64,000 nt of DNA from an uncultured Brevinema sp. (GTDB lineage: Bacteria > Spirochaetota > Brevinematia > Brevinematales > Brevinemataceae): NCBI GenBank assembly GCA_947038195.1, contig CAMQVI010000004.1, positions 886 through 64,885 of the forward strand, in the 5' to 3' direction. A program made the position numbers and the translations under genes. Positions within the stretch are counted from its first letter, which is position 1. Each line of letters begins with the position of its first letter. Positions 28,478-37,386 of this stretch are shown here, piece after piece. The notes beneath the pieces are model-generated. The model made no database searches. It saw nothing but the letters and a program-made list of their open reading frames with translations, and had not been told where the DNA came from.

Positions 28478-28640
28478 ATAGATCTTAAAAATACAGAAAA
28501 TATTGCAAGTCAGATAATCAGAAAGAAAGCTCAAGAGACGGAGCCCTAAAAATAGGAATAGAGTGGACTCAAGAATATTTGGGTGAAATACATATTTTTA
28601 TAGTGCCCATAGCTATCGGGACGGTAGCGATTATGTAAGC
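28478..28640 (+). pseudogene. Decayed 5' fragment of a second IlvD/Edd-family dehydratase gene
   Basis: agtcagataatcagaaag...gagccctaaaaataggaatagagtgg aligns with the start of the intact gene at 23901.. (agtcagcttattcgtaat...gatcccttaaaaataggaatgggttgg). Translation is SQIIRKKAQETEP, then a 1-nt deletion, then LKIGIEWTQEYLGEIHIFI, versus SQLIRNIAPEMDPLKIGMGWSVEDLAKMHVFI. Confidence 0.5.
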
Positions 28641-28689
28641 ATTAGTAATGACAGTAATAGTCGCATTCAATCAGTGAAGGGGGAATATT

Positions 28690-29685
28690 ATGAAAGCATT
28701 AGTGTATGCTGTGAGACCAGATGAAATTGACTTTTTTGAACAGTTTTCTAAGGAACTAAATTTAGATATAGACCTTTGTTCTAGTAATTTAACAGAAGAT
28801 ACGGTAGAACAAGCTAAAGGATATCAAACAGTAATATTTTTAGCAGAATGCAAAGTAACGGGGAAAGTATTAGAGAGTCTCAAAAGCTTTGGAATAAACC
28901 ATATAGTGTCCCGATCAGTTGGAGTTGACAATGTAGATTGGGAGAAAGCTAATGAATTGGATATTAAAATAGCAAATGTTCCAGCCTATTCTCCTAATTC
29001 AGTCAGTGAGTTTGTATTAACTTCGACTCTAGTGTTATTACGTAATTACCACCATTATTTGGATAGAGTACAAAATCAAGATTTTACAATTACTGGTTTA
29101 GTCGCTAAAGAAATTAGAAATCAAGTGGTGGCTATTATTGGGGTTGGAAAAATAGGATTTGAAACGGTGAAAAATTTCACAGGTTTTGGTCCAAAAGAAA
29201 TATTGCTATATGACCCTTTTGAGAAAGAAGAAGTGAAAAAATATGGGCGGTATACGTCTTTAGAGGAAATCTATAAATCTAGTGATATTATTGTGTATCA
29301 TATTCCTTTATTAAAAGATACTGTGAATATAATATCTAAGAAAAACATTGACAAGATGAAAAAAGGTGTGATTTTAATTAATGTTAGCCGAGGGGGCATC
29401 ATGAATGCATCTGATCTTTTAGATGGAATTAATGAGGGGAAAATAGCAGGGGCAGCTGTAGATGTGTACGACAATGAACTATCTTATTTTCGACATGACT
29501 GGAGAGAAAAAAATATTCCTGATACAACTCTTGTAAAATTACTAGCCCACCCTCAAGTAATAGTTACACCTCACGCTGCTTTCTATACGGATGAAGCTGT
29601 TTCTAATATGGTTTCTATTTCTTTGGGGAATGTAAAAGAGTTTTTTGATACAGGTAATTCTAAAAATATAGTTAATAAAAAATAA
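28690..29685 (+). CDS. ldhA: D-lactate / D-2-hydroxyacid dehydrogenase (NAD-dependent)
   Basis: 331 aa. Rossmann motif IIGVGKIGF, and the catalytic region NVSRGG...D and TPHAAFYT. Confidence 0.85.
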   Translation: MKALVYAVRPDEIDFFEQFSKELNLDIDLCSSNLTEDTVEQAKGYQTVIFLAECKVTGKVLESLKSFGINHIVSRSVGVDNVDWEKANELDIKIANVPAYSPNSVSEFVLTSTLVLLRNYHHYLDRVQNQDFTITGLVAKEIRNQVVAIIGVGKIGFETVKNFTGFGPKEILLYDPFEKEEVKKYGRYTSLEEIYKSSDIIVYHIPLLKDTVNIISKKNIDKMKKGVILINVSRGGIMNASDLLDGINEGKIAGAAVDVYDNELSYFRHDWREKNIPDTTLVKLLAHPQVIVTPHAAFYTDEAVSNMVSISLGNVKEFFDTGNSKNIVNKK

Positions 29686-29749
29686 TCTACTTATACTTTT
29701 GGTGGAATCAAATAAAACTTCCAAAAGGAAAATGACTAAAAATAGAAAT

Positions 29750-29790
29750 AAAAAAAGCTAGAGATATTTATTATCTCTAGCTTTTTTTTA
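29750..29790. terminator. Bidirectional terminator agctagagata-tttat-tatctctagct with flanking A-run and T-run
   Basis: Perfect 11-bp stem between the convergent ldhA and SDR genes. Confidence 0.8.
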
Positions 29791-29791
29791 C

Positions 29792-30613
29792 TTATTTAAT
29801 ATTATTGATTTTTAATCCTGTAACAAAGTCAATAATACCATCACCTAGCCAATGTTTCCCCCATATAGCAAACTTCCCGTCGAAATTTGGGACATAGCGA
29901 AATTTGGGTCGAGAGGTATTTAATATTTTGAGTACGGTATTGGAAATGGAGCTAGCTTTGGCAGACCCTAAGGGCATATTTTCCATAGTAGTCATGAGAT
30001 TATTGATTTGTGAAGCGTAAGGGGATTCTGAAGATTCTTTACATCGCTCAAGAGCCACTTTCCCAAATTCTGACTCTACTCTTCCAGGTTCTATCAAAAC
30101 TACTTTAATTCCAAAAGGTTTTAACTCTACACGTAAAGCATCACTTAACCCTTCTACGGCATATTTGGAAGAAGAATACCACGCTAAAAATGGAAAAGCC
30201 ACTTTCCCTACCACGGATGAGATATTAATAATAATTCCACTTTTTTGAGATCTCATGGTGGGTAAGACAGCCTTGCTCATTTGGGCTAGCCCAAAGACAT
30301 TGACATCAAATAATTGTTTAGCTTGCTCCATGGTACTTTCTTCCAAAGAACCATAAAATCCATAACCAGCATTGTTAATAAGAATATCTATAGAGGATTC
30401 TTTTTTTAAGACTTCTGATACTGCTCTATCGATATCCTCTTGAGAGGTGACATCCATTTTAATAGGATAGCCTCCTTTTTCAGAGATGTCATTCATCATT
30501 TCTATACGACGAGCAAATCCATATACGGTGTACCCTTTTTGAAGTAAGGAAAGGGCTATTTCTTTCCCTAGACCAGAGGATGCCCCCGAGATAAGTGCGA
30601 CTTTATTTTTCAT
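29792..30613 (-). CDS. Short-chain dehydrogenase/reductase (SDR) family oxidoreductase
   Basis: 273 aa. ISGASSGLG cofactor motif, NNAG, and YSSSK catalytic Tyr-Lys. Confidence 0.85.
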   Translation of the reverse strand: MKNKVALISGASSGLGKEIALSLLQKGYTVYGFARRIEMMNDISEKGGYPIKMDVTSQEDIDRAVSEVLKKESSIDILINNAGYGFYGSLEESTMEQAKQLFDVNVFGLAQMSKAVLPTMRSQKSGIIINISSVVGKVAFPFLAWYSSSKYAVEGLSDALRVELKPFGIKVVLIEPGRVESEFGKVALERCKESSESPYASQINNLMTTMENMPLGSAKASSISNTVLKILNTSRPKFRYVPNFDGKFAIWGKHWLGDGIIDFVTGLKINNIK

Positions 30614-30688
30614 ATATTCTCCTTAATATTATTTAATAGCTTACTTATAAGTATACTACAAGACAGCGTATCGTTCAATGGATATCAT

Positions 30689-30722
30689 AAAAAAAGCCAA
30701 GATTCTTAAGAACCTTGGCTTT
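30689..30722 (-). terminator. Intrinsic terminator after the thiolase gene
   Basis: The minus strand reads agccaaggttcttaagaatcttggct followed by ttttttt. Confidence 0.7.
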
Positions 30723-30738
30723 TATCTAGCTTAGTAGT

Positions 30739-31944
30739 TTATATTTTTTTGAGGATAATCGCAGTACCCATACCACCACCAATACAAAGAGATGCTAAAC
30801 CGTAATTGGCATTACGTTTGATCATTTCATAAATGAGGGTTACAGTAATACGAGCTCCAGATGCTCCCACAGGATGTCCAATGGCAATAGCGCCTCCATT
30901 GACATTACAACGACTTATAATATCTTCTTTGGACATGCCAGAAGATTCAGAAAGTAAATGTACAACACCTAAAGCTTGAGCAGCAAAAGCTTCGTTTAAT
31001 TCTAAAAGCTCCATATCTTGGAGTTTAAGATTAGCTTGAGCAAGAGCTTTAGTGATAGCAGGTGCAGGTCCTAATCCCATCGTTTCAGGATCACAACCAG
31101 CTTGTCCAATGGCTACTATTTCCATAATAGGGGTGAGATTGTATTTTTTAAGCCCTTCTTCGCTTACTACCAAGAAAGCAGCAGCACCATCATTAATACC
31201 TGATGCGTTACCAGCTGTTACAGATCCTTCTTTATTAAAGGCAGGACGTAATCCAGCTAATACTTCAAGGGTGGTTTTACGGTTAGGGTATTCATCAGTA
31301 TCCACTACTTCTACCCCTTTACGGGTTTTCACTTCTACAGAAACGATTTCATCTTTAAAACGTCCACTGTCTACAGCAGCAATAGCTTTTTGTTGAGACC
31401 CAAAAGCAAATTTATCTTGTTCTTCACGAGAAATATTAAATTTTGCAGCAATATTTTCTGCTGTGATTCCCATATGATAGCCACCAAAACCATCAGTTAA
31501 AGCATCTAATACAAGGTGGTCTTTAGCGCTTATATCACCCATTTTATGTCCAGCACGAACATTAGCAGGGATTAGGAAAGGAGCATTAGACATGCTTTCT
31601 GTACCACCAGCAATAATCATATCAGCAAGTCCAGCTTTGATAGTAGTGAAAGCACTCATAAGAGATTTCATACCACTACCACAGATCATATTAAGTCCAT
31701 AAGCTGGGACTGATTTGGGGATGCCAGCATTAACAGATGCTTGACGAGCAATACCTTGCTTTTGTCCTGCCATGAGGACGTTCCCAAGCACTACTTCTTC
31801 AATATTTTCTAAAGGGATTTTTTTATCTTTTAAGATAGCTTTAATAGCAGTAGTTCCTAGATCTCCAGGACTAACACTAGCTAGAGCTCCATTGAAAGAG
31901 CCTACAGGGGTTCTTTTTGCGTCAACAATATATACTTTTGACAT
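30739..31944 (-). CDS. thlA: Acetyl-CoA C-acetyltransferase (thiolase II)
   Basis: 401 aa. Active-site contexts NMICGSGMKS, NEAFAAQ, GHPVGASG and CIGGGMG. Confidence 0.93.
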   Translation of the reverse strand: MSKVYIVDAKRTPVGSFNGALASVSPGDLGTTAIKAILKDKKIPLENIEEVVLGNVLMAGQKQGIARQASVNAGIPKSVPAYGLNMICGSGMKSLMSAFTTIKAGLADMIIAGGTESMSNAPFLIPANVRAGHKMGDISAKDHLVLDALTDGFGGYHMGITAENIAAKFNISREEQDKFAFGSQQKAIAAVDSGRFKDEIVSVEVKTRKGVEVVDTDEYPNRKTTLEVLAGLRPAFNKEGSVTAGNASGINDGAAAFLVVSEEGLKKYNLTPIMEIVAIGQAGCDPETMGLGPAPAITKALAQANLKLQDMELLELNEAFAAQALGVVHLLSESSGMSKEDIISRCNVNGGAIAIGHPVGASGARITVTLIYEMIKRNANYGLASLCIGGGMGTAIILKKI

Positions 31945-31972
31945 GATTATCTCCTAATAACATATTTATACT

Positions 31973-32032
31973 AATATAATGCAATTTTATATCCATATAT
32001 TTTTTTATATGGATATAAAATTGCATTATATT
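31973..32032. repeat. Perfect 27-bp inverted repeat separated by TTTTTT, immediately upstream of the thiolase start
   Basis: aatataatgcaattttatatccatata (31973..31999), tttttt, tatatggatataaaattgcattatatt (32006..32032). Confidence 0.9.
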
Positions 32033-32044
32033 GTTATTTTAAAT

Positions 32045-32096
32045 AAATATAAAAAAGAATGACAAAGATATAATAAATAATTATACCTTTGTCATT
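32045..32096 (-). terminator. Hairpin aatgacaaag-N19-ctttgtcatt plus T-run (minus strand) after the MaoC-like gene
   Basis: Arms at 32058..32067 and 32087..32096. The minus-strand continuation is cttttttatattt. Confidence 0.5.
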
Positions 32097-32103
32097 AGCT
32101 TAA

Positions 32104-32511
32104 TTAATCTTTTTTAAGAAGAGTAGCTTTTCCAGTGACAACTTCTTTTCCGTCTTGATTGACAACAATAGTTTTCAAGACAACACGGTTTTTTTCAGAA
32201 ATGAGTTCTTCAATCTCACAGATAGCAGTGATGGTATCTCCAATAAATACAGGAGCCATAAATTTAAGCTCTTGTGACATGTAGATAGCACCTTCTCCTG
32301 GGAGTTTGGTGCCTAATACAGCAGAAATCAATCCAGCACTAATCATTCCATGAGCGATTCTTTTCCCAAAAATGGAATTTTTACCAGCTTCTTCATCCAT
32401 ATGTATAGGATTGAAGTCTAAAGAAACCTCAGCGAATTTTTGTATATCTTCGTTGGTGATTGTTTTTTTGACTTCTTCTTTCATTCCTACTTTAAATTCT
32501 GAATATTTCAT
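32104..32511 (-). CDS. MaoC-like (R)-specific enoyl-CoA hydratase (PhaJ-type hot-dog fold)
   Basis: 135 aa. FAEVSLDFNPIHMDEEAGK.SIFG.RIAHGM, the MaoC dehydratase signature. Confidence 0.85.
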   Translation of the reverse strand: MKYSEFKVGMKEEVKKTITNEDIQKFAEVSLDFNPIHMDEEAGKNSIFGKRIAHGMISAGLISAVLGTKLPGEGAIYMSQELKFMAPVFIGDTITAICEIEELISEKNRVVLKTIVVNQDGKEVVTGKATLLKKD

Positions 32512-32529
32512 AGTCTATTCCTTATGGTT

Positions 32530-33555
32530 TTATTTGAGTGCGTCAATAAGACCGTTAATTACAGGTTCGAGGTCACAGACTAGTCCTAAATCAGCTATTT
32601 TGAAAATAGGAGCGTCTTTGTCTTTATTGACAGCAATAATAAGACCAGACTCTTCCATACCAGCAGCATGTTGAATAGCACCAGAAATACCGAAAGCAAA
32701 GTAAACTTCAGGTCTAACAGTTTTACCTGTTTGTCCTACTTGTATACCATGATCAGCCCATCCCATATCTACTAGCCCTCTAGAGGAACCAACACCACCG
32801 TTAAGTTTGTCAGCAAGAACACTTAATTTTTTGAAGAGTTCTTCTTTTTTAATACCACGTCCACCAGCAACAAGAATAGCTTGTTCTGTGATGTCTTTAG
32901 CATCGGATTTTTCTTTGACTTCTTCAAGTACTTCTACTTTGAAACGTTTAGCATCAAAAGAAACTTTAACTTCTACTACTTCACCTTTAAGTGATGTATT
33001 TGCTTCTGTTTTTTGCATAACTCCAGGGCGAACGGTAGACATTTGTGGTCTATTGTCAGGACATACGATAGTAGCAATAAGATTACCACCGAAAGTAGGT
33101 CTTGTCATAAGAAGGTCTTTGTTATCGGTAACAACGATTTTGTCATCGTAACCTTCTACTGTTTTCATTTCGAGGAGGGTACAATCTGCAGTGAGTCCTG
33201 TATTTAATTTTACGGACATACGAGGGGCTAAATCTCTACCAGTGGTAGTAGCACCAATAAGTACAATGTTGGGTTTTAAACCATCTAATACAGTAAAGAG
33301 AGCTTGAGAATAAGGTTCTGTACTATATGCTTTTAAGTGAGCATCTTCTACGTAAACTACTTTGTCAGCACCGTAGGAAATAAGAGTATCAGCCATGGGC
33401 TTAACTTTATCACCAAGAACGATAGCGACGACTTTTTGATCAGAAACTTTAGCTAATTTTTTAGCTTCACAAATTAATTCTAATCCCACAGATTGAATTT
33501 CTCCGTGTCTTTGCTCTACGAATACAGCAATATCTTTATAATCTTTGATATTCAT
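32530..33555 (-). CDS. etfA: Electron transfer flavoprotein alpha subunit
   Basis: 341 aa. C-terminal FAD-binding VYFAFGISGAIQHAAGM and IIAVNKD..APIF. Confidence 0.92.
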   Translation of the reverse strand: MNIKDYKDIAVFVEQRHGEIQSVGLELICEAKKLAKVSDQKVVAIVLGDKVKPMADTLISYGADKVVYVEDAHLKAYSTEPYSQALFTVLDGLKPNIVLIGATTTGRDLAPRMSVKLNTGLTADCTLLEMKTVEGYDDKIVVTDNKDLLMTRPTFGGNLIATIVCPDNRPQMSTVRPGVMQKTEANTSLKGEVVEVKVSFDAKRFKVEVLEEVKEKSDAKDITEQAILVAGGRGIKKEELFKKLSVLADKLNGGVGSSRGLVDMGWADHGIQVGQTGKTVRPEVYFAFGISGAIQHAAGMEESGLIIAVNKDKDAPIFKIADLGLVCDLEPVINGLIDALK

Positions 33556-33565
33556 ATCTATGTTC

Positions 33566-34348
33566 CTATATAATATGTATTTCTTTTAGCTTTTCTACAA
33601 TAAGTTTTACTGCATCTTGAGGACTGACTTCTTGAATAGTTCCACTACCCTTAGCACCTTTGGTGAAAGATTTGTGTACTTTAGTAGGAGAGCCTTTTAG
33701 TCCGATTTTTTCATCAGCAATATTTACTTTTGCAGCATCCCAAACTTCTACTTCTTTACCATAGGCATCAACAATACCAGCTACACGCATGTAACGAGGT
33801 GTGTTAGCGTCAGATAAAAGAGTGAAAAGACAAGGGGTACTAACTTTTAACATTTGATAACCATCTTCTACAGCTCTTTTGATTTTAAAAGAAACTCCGT
33901 CAGAAGTGGATATATCATGAACGTAAGATACTTGAGGAAGATCCATAATCTCAGCGATTTGGGGTCCTACTTGAGCAGTATCTCCGTCAATAGCTTGACG
34001 TCCTGTGATAATAAGGTCTGCGTTAATTAATTTTAAGGCAGAAGCAAGAGCGTTGGAAGTAGCTAAAGTATCCGCACCAGCAAATTTTCTGTCGGTGAGT
34101 AGGATAGCTTTATCAGCACCCATAGCATAAGCTTCTCTTAAGATAAGGTCTGCTTGTGGGGGTCCCATAGTGATAACTACCACTTCAGCTCCCAATTGGT
34201 CTTTTAATTTTAATGCTTCTTCTAATCCAGCTTTATCATCTGGATTCATAATACTGACTACCCCGTCACGTATCATAGCTCCTGTATTAGGATCTAAACG
34301 TACTTCGGTGGTGTCGGGAACTTGTTTTATACAAACAGCGATTTTCAT
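33566..34348 (-). CDS. etfB: Electron transfer flavoprotein beta subunit
   Basis: 260 aa. MKIAVCIKQVPD, LIITGRQAIDGDTAQVGP. Confidence 0.92.
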   Translation of the reverse strand: MKIAVCIKQVPDTTEVRLDPNTGAMIRDGVVSIMNPDDKAGLEEALKLKDQLGAEVVVITMGPPQADLILREAYAMGADKAILLTDRKFAGADTLATSNALASALKLINADLIITGRQAIDGDTAQVGPQIAEIMDLPQVSYVHDISTSDGVSFKIKRAVEDGYQMLKVSTPCLFTLLSDANTPRYMRVAGIVDAYGKEVEVWDAAKVNIADEKIGLKGSPTKVHKSFTKGAKGSGTIQEVSPQDAVKLIVEKLKEIHII

Positions 34349-34377
34349 AAAAACTCCTATTTTACAATAAGGGGGAC

Positions 34378-35523
34378 TTATCTAGTAAGTGCTCCACCGA
34401 TAACCATACGTTGAACTTCAGATGTACCTTCATAAATTTCAGTAATCTTAGCATCACGCATCAATCTTTCTACTGGGTATTCACGGGTGTAACCGTATCC
34501 ACCGTGTAATTGGACAGCGTCTGTTGTAACTCTCATTGCTGTTTCGGAAGCAAATAATTTAGCCATAGCTGCATCAACAGAATAAGCTATTTTATTACTT
34601 TTTTTCCAAGCTGCTTTATAAACGAGCATACGAGCTGCTTCTATAGTAGTTCCCATATCAGCAATTTTAAATTGAGTATTTTGGAAGAAAGAAATAGGTT
34701 TATTAAATTGTTTTCTTTCTTTGGTATAAGAAATAGTGTGATCTAAAGCACCTTGAGCAAGTCCAAGAGCTTGTGCAGCGATACCGATACGCCCACCATC
34801 TAAGGTTTTCATAGCAATACCAAAGCCTTTACCGATGGCTCCTAGTAAATTAGTAGCAGGAATACGACAATCTTCGAATATTAATTCGCAAGTAGCAGAT
34901 CCTTTAATACCTAATTTTTTCTCTTTTTTACCTACAGAGAATCCAGGTCTATCAGCTTCTATGATAAACGCAGTGATTCCTTTAGTTCCAAGACTCTTAT
35001 CTGTCATAGCAAAAATAACATAAACGTGAGCATAACCTGCATTAGTAATGAAGATTTTAGATCCGTTAATAATCCATTCTTGTTTAGCTTCATCAAATAC
35101 AGCAGTGGTTTGTTGACCAGAAGCATCTGTACCAGCATTAACTTCTGTTAATCCAAAAGCTCCAAGCCATTCTCCACTAGCCATTTTAGGGATAAATCTT
35201 TCTTTTTGTTCAGGAGTGCCATTTTCATATATAGGCATCATTCCTAGTGATGTGTGGGCAGATAATACTACCCCTGTGGTACCACATGCTCTTGAAAATT
35301 CTTCAACAGCCATGGCGTAGATTAAAGAATCTCCACCTGCTCCGCCAAATTCTTTTGCAACAGGAATTCCGAAGAGACCGACTGCTTTCATCTTTTCGAC
35401 GATTTCTACAGGAAAGCGTTCTTCTTCATCGATTTCGGCGGCTAAAGGCTCTACCTCTTTACTTACAAATTCTCTGATCATTTGTAAGTAAAGTTCTTGG
35501 GTTTTTGATAATGAAAAATCCAT
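34378..35523 (-). CDS. bcd: Acyl-CoA dehydrogenase (butyryl-CoA dehydrogenase type)
   Basis: 381 aa. GLTE.NAGTDA, ITNAG, QLHGGYGYTREYPVERLMRDAKITEIYEGTSEVQR. Confidence 0.92.
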   Translation of the reverse strand: MDFSLSKTQELYLQMIREFVSKEVEPLAAEIDEEERFPVEIVEKMKAVGLFGIPVAKEFGGAGGDSLIYAMAVEEFSRACGTTGVVLSAHTSLGMMPIYENGTPEQKERFIPKMASGEWLGAFGLTEVNAGTDASGQQTTAVFDEAKQEWIINGSKIFITNAGYAHVYVIFAMTDKSLGTKGITAFIIEADRPGFSVGKKEKKLGIKGSATCELIFEDCRIPATNLLGAIGKGFGIAMKTLDGGRIGIAAQALGLAQGALDHTISYTKERKQFNKPISFFQNTQFKIADMGTTIEAARMLVYKAAWKKSNKIAYSVDAAMAKLFASETAMRVTTDAVQLHGGYGYTREYPVERLMRDAKITEIYEGTSEVQRMVIGGALTR

Positions 35524-35562
35524 TCTACTCTCTCTTAGTTTATTTTGTGTTTTTTATAAAAA

Positions 35563-36279
35563 TTATATTGTCAATCCGCCGTCAACACCAAGACATTGTC
35601 CTGTGATGAAACAAGCTTCGTCACTAGCAAGGAATAATACTGCATTTGCAACATCTTGAGGCAATCCCATGCGTCCAAGAGGTGTTTTAGCTTTCATTCC
35701 ATCAATCACTTTTTCAGGAAGATTTACAGTCATAGGGGTTTCGACAAATCCAGGAGCAACAGCATTAGCACGAACTTGAGCACCTTTACGTGCAAATTCT
35801 TTAGCCCAACCTTTAGCCATTCCAATTACACCAGCTTTAGTAGCTATGTAGTTAGTTTGTCCGATATTTCCATATACTCCAACAACAGAAGCCATGTTAA
35901 TGATACTTCCAGATCCATTCTCCATCATAACAGGAGCAATAAATTGAGTCATGTTAAATACACCTTTGAGGTTGATAGCAATGACTTTATCCCATTGTTC
36001 TTCTGTCATTTTTCCGATGAGAGCATCTCCTGTGATACCAGCATTGTTTACGAGAATATCAATATTTCCTTTTTTAGCGAGTTCTGCAACACATTTCTCG
36101 ATTCCAGCTCTATCTGTTACGTTTAATTCAATAAAATTAACGTTAGGAACAGTAGATGTTCCTTTAGCTAAATCAGTAGCGTATACTGTAGCGCCTTCTT
36201 TAGCGAGTGTTTCAGCGATAGTTAATCCAATACCTCTAGCTGCCCCTGTGACAACAGCGACTTTTCCTTTTAATCTCAT
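35563..36279 (-). CDS. FabG/PhaB-like 3-oxoacyl (acetoacetyl-CoA) reductase, SDR family
   Basis: 238 aa. VTGAARGIG, NNAG, YIATKAG, and a C-terminal ITGQCLGVDGG. Confidence 0.85.
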   Translation of the reverse strand: MRLKGKVAVVTGAARGIGLTIAETLAKEGATVYATDLAKGTSTVPNVNFIELNVTDRAGIEKCVAELAKKGNIDILVNNAGITGDALIGKMTEEQWDKVIAINLKGVFNMTQFIAPVMMENGSGSIINMASVVGVYGNIGQTNYIATKAGVIGMAKGWAKEFARKGAQVRANAVAPGFVETPMTVNLPEKVIDGMKAKTPLGRMGLPQDVANAVLFLASDEACFITGQCLGVDGGLTI

Positions 36280-36359
36280 AAGATTCTCCTTATATTATAT
36301 GTGAAAATGATTTATGCTTTTCACGAGCCTATATCATCTTGCATTTAAATGTTATCTAT

Positions 36360-36387
36360 ATTATAACAAACTTTTTTATTTTTGCAA
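36360..36387 (-). promoter_or_regulatory. Promoter TTGCAA-16-TATAAT for the fabG-bcd-etfBA-maoC operon
   Basis: The minus strand reads ttgcaa aaataaaaaagtttgt tataat. A 7-bp hairpin gtgaaaa/ttttcac lies in the 5' UTR. Confidence 0.45.
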
Positions 36388-36483
36388 GCCTTTATTTCGA
36401 TATTATTTATTTTTGTAATATTTTTTTTGTGATTATCGAACACATCATAAATTCTCATTTTTCACCCTTGAAAACAGGGGGTA

Positions 36484-36511
36484 TTGACATATATAATATA
36501 TGCTTTATAAT
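36484..36511 (+). promoter_or_regulatory. Promoter TTGACA-16-TATAAT
   Basis: TTGACA at 36484..36489 and TATAAT at 36506..36511, about 20 nt before RBS AAGGAG and the ATG at 36532. Confidence 0.55.
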
Positions 36512-36531
36512 ATTAACAGAAAGGAGAAAGT

Positions 36532-37386
36532 ATGAATTTTATAATAAAGAATAGAGTCTTAACAGTAGCTATTAGTACTAAAGGTGCAGAATTCCAATCT
36601 ATTTTGCATAAAGATTGTGAATATTTATGGCAAGGGGACCCTAAAGTTTGGGCAGGAAGAGCACCTTTATTATTCCCTATTGTGGGAGGCTTAAAAAATA
36701 AAGAATATCTTCATAAAGGAAAAAAATACTCTATGCCCAACCATGGGATAGCTCGTATTAATGATTTTAAAATCAGCCAAATTTCAGATCAAGAGATACT
36801 TTGTACTCTTGTAGATAATAAAGCAACGAGAGCAATGTATCCTTTTTCTTTTAAGCTAGAGATTACTTATAAAGTAATAGAGCATAAGATTCACATAGAT
36901 CATCGTTTTACTAATACCTCCGATGAGGTGATGCCTTTTGTTTTTGGTTTACACCCTGCTTTTAATTTACATGATAGCCTTGAAAATTCTCATATTCAAT
37001 TTGATAATGAATCCCTTATATCTACTTTAGATACAGAAGAGGGGTTCTTCGTCTCTAAAACAAGAGATTATGGGGTAAAAACCCTTAATTTCAATAAACA
37101 TTCTTTTGATAAAGATAATACCATTGTATTTGATAACCTCAAATCAAGGCAAGCAAAGCTTATGTTCAAAAATAGCGATAGGGCTATAAGCATGAAATGG
37201 ACGGATGATTTACCCATTTTAGCTATATGGTCTAAAGCAGGAGCTCCTTATATTTGTATAGAGCCTTGGTGCGGGATAGCTGATTGCGCTGAAGACACTA
37301 TTAATGAGTTATCTCAAAAAAGAGGTATGATTTTACTGGGCGTAGACGAATCCAAAGATATTGCTTATGAGATAGAAGTTTTTTAA
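36532..37386 (+). CDS. Aldose 1-epimerase family protein (LacX/YihR-like)
   Basis: 284 aa. W.GRAPLLFPIVG, HG(I)AR, GLHPAF, EPW, mutarotase-fold motifs. Confidence 0.8.
   Translation: MNFIIKNRVLTVAISTKGAEFQSILHKDCEYLWQGDPKVWAGRAPLLFPIVGGLKNKEYLHKGKKYSMPNHGIARINDFKISQISDQEILCTLVDNKATRAMYPFSFKLEITYKVIEHKIHIDHRFTNTSDEVMPFVFGLHPAFNLHDSLENSHIQFDNESLISTLDTEEGFFVSKTRDYGVKTLNFNKHSFDKDNTIVFDNLKSRQAKLMFKNSDRAISMKWTDDLPILAIWSKAGAPYICIEPWCGIADCAEDTINELSQKRGMILLGVDESKDIAYEIEVF

Noticed and set aside
18454-28650. tRNA(CAU) as the attachment site of a genomic island carrying the sugar-acid locus
   Set aside because: No integrase is present, and I did not spot a repeated tRNA 3' fragment at the far end. Only the IlvD-family remnant hints at rearrangement, which is insufficient to call an island.
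35656-36304. Two plus-strand ORFs (156 and 117 aa) inside the FabG-like gene
   Set aside because: Antisense shadow ORFs of a well-supported SDR gene, with serine/isoleucine-rich nonsense-like composition.
36300-36335. gtgaaaa-N10-ttttcac near the butyryl-CoA operon start as a Rex operator
   Set aside because: The Rex consensus TTGTGAA-N4-TTCACAA has much tighter spacing. This is more simply a small 5'-UTR hairpin.
36339-36554. 71-aa plus-strand ORF
   Set aside because: It spans the divergent promoter region and runs into the epimerase RBS and start. Its AT-rich composition is hydrophobic junk.
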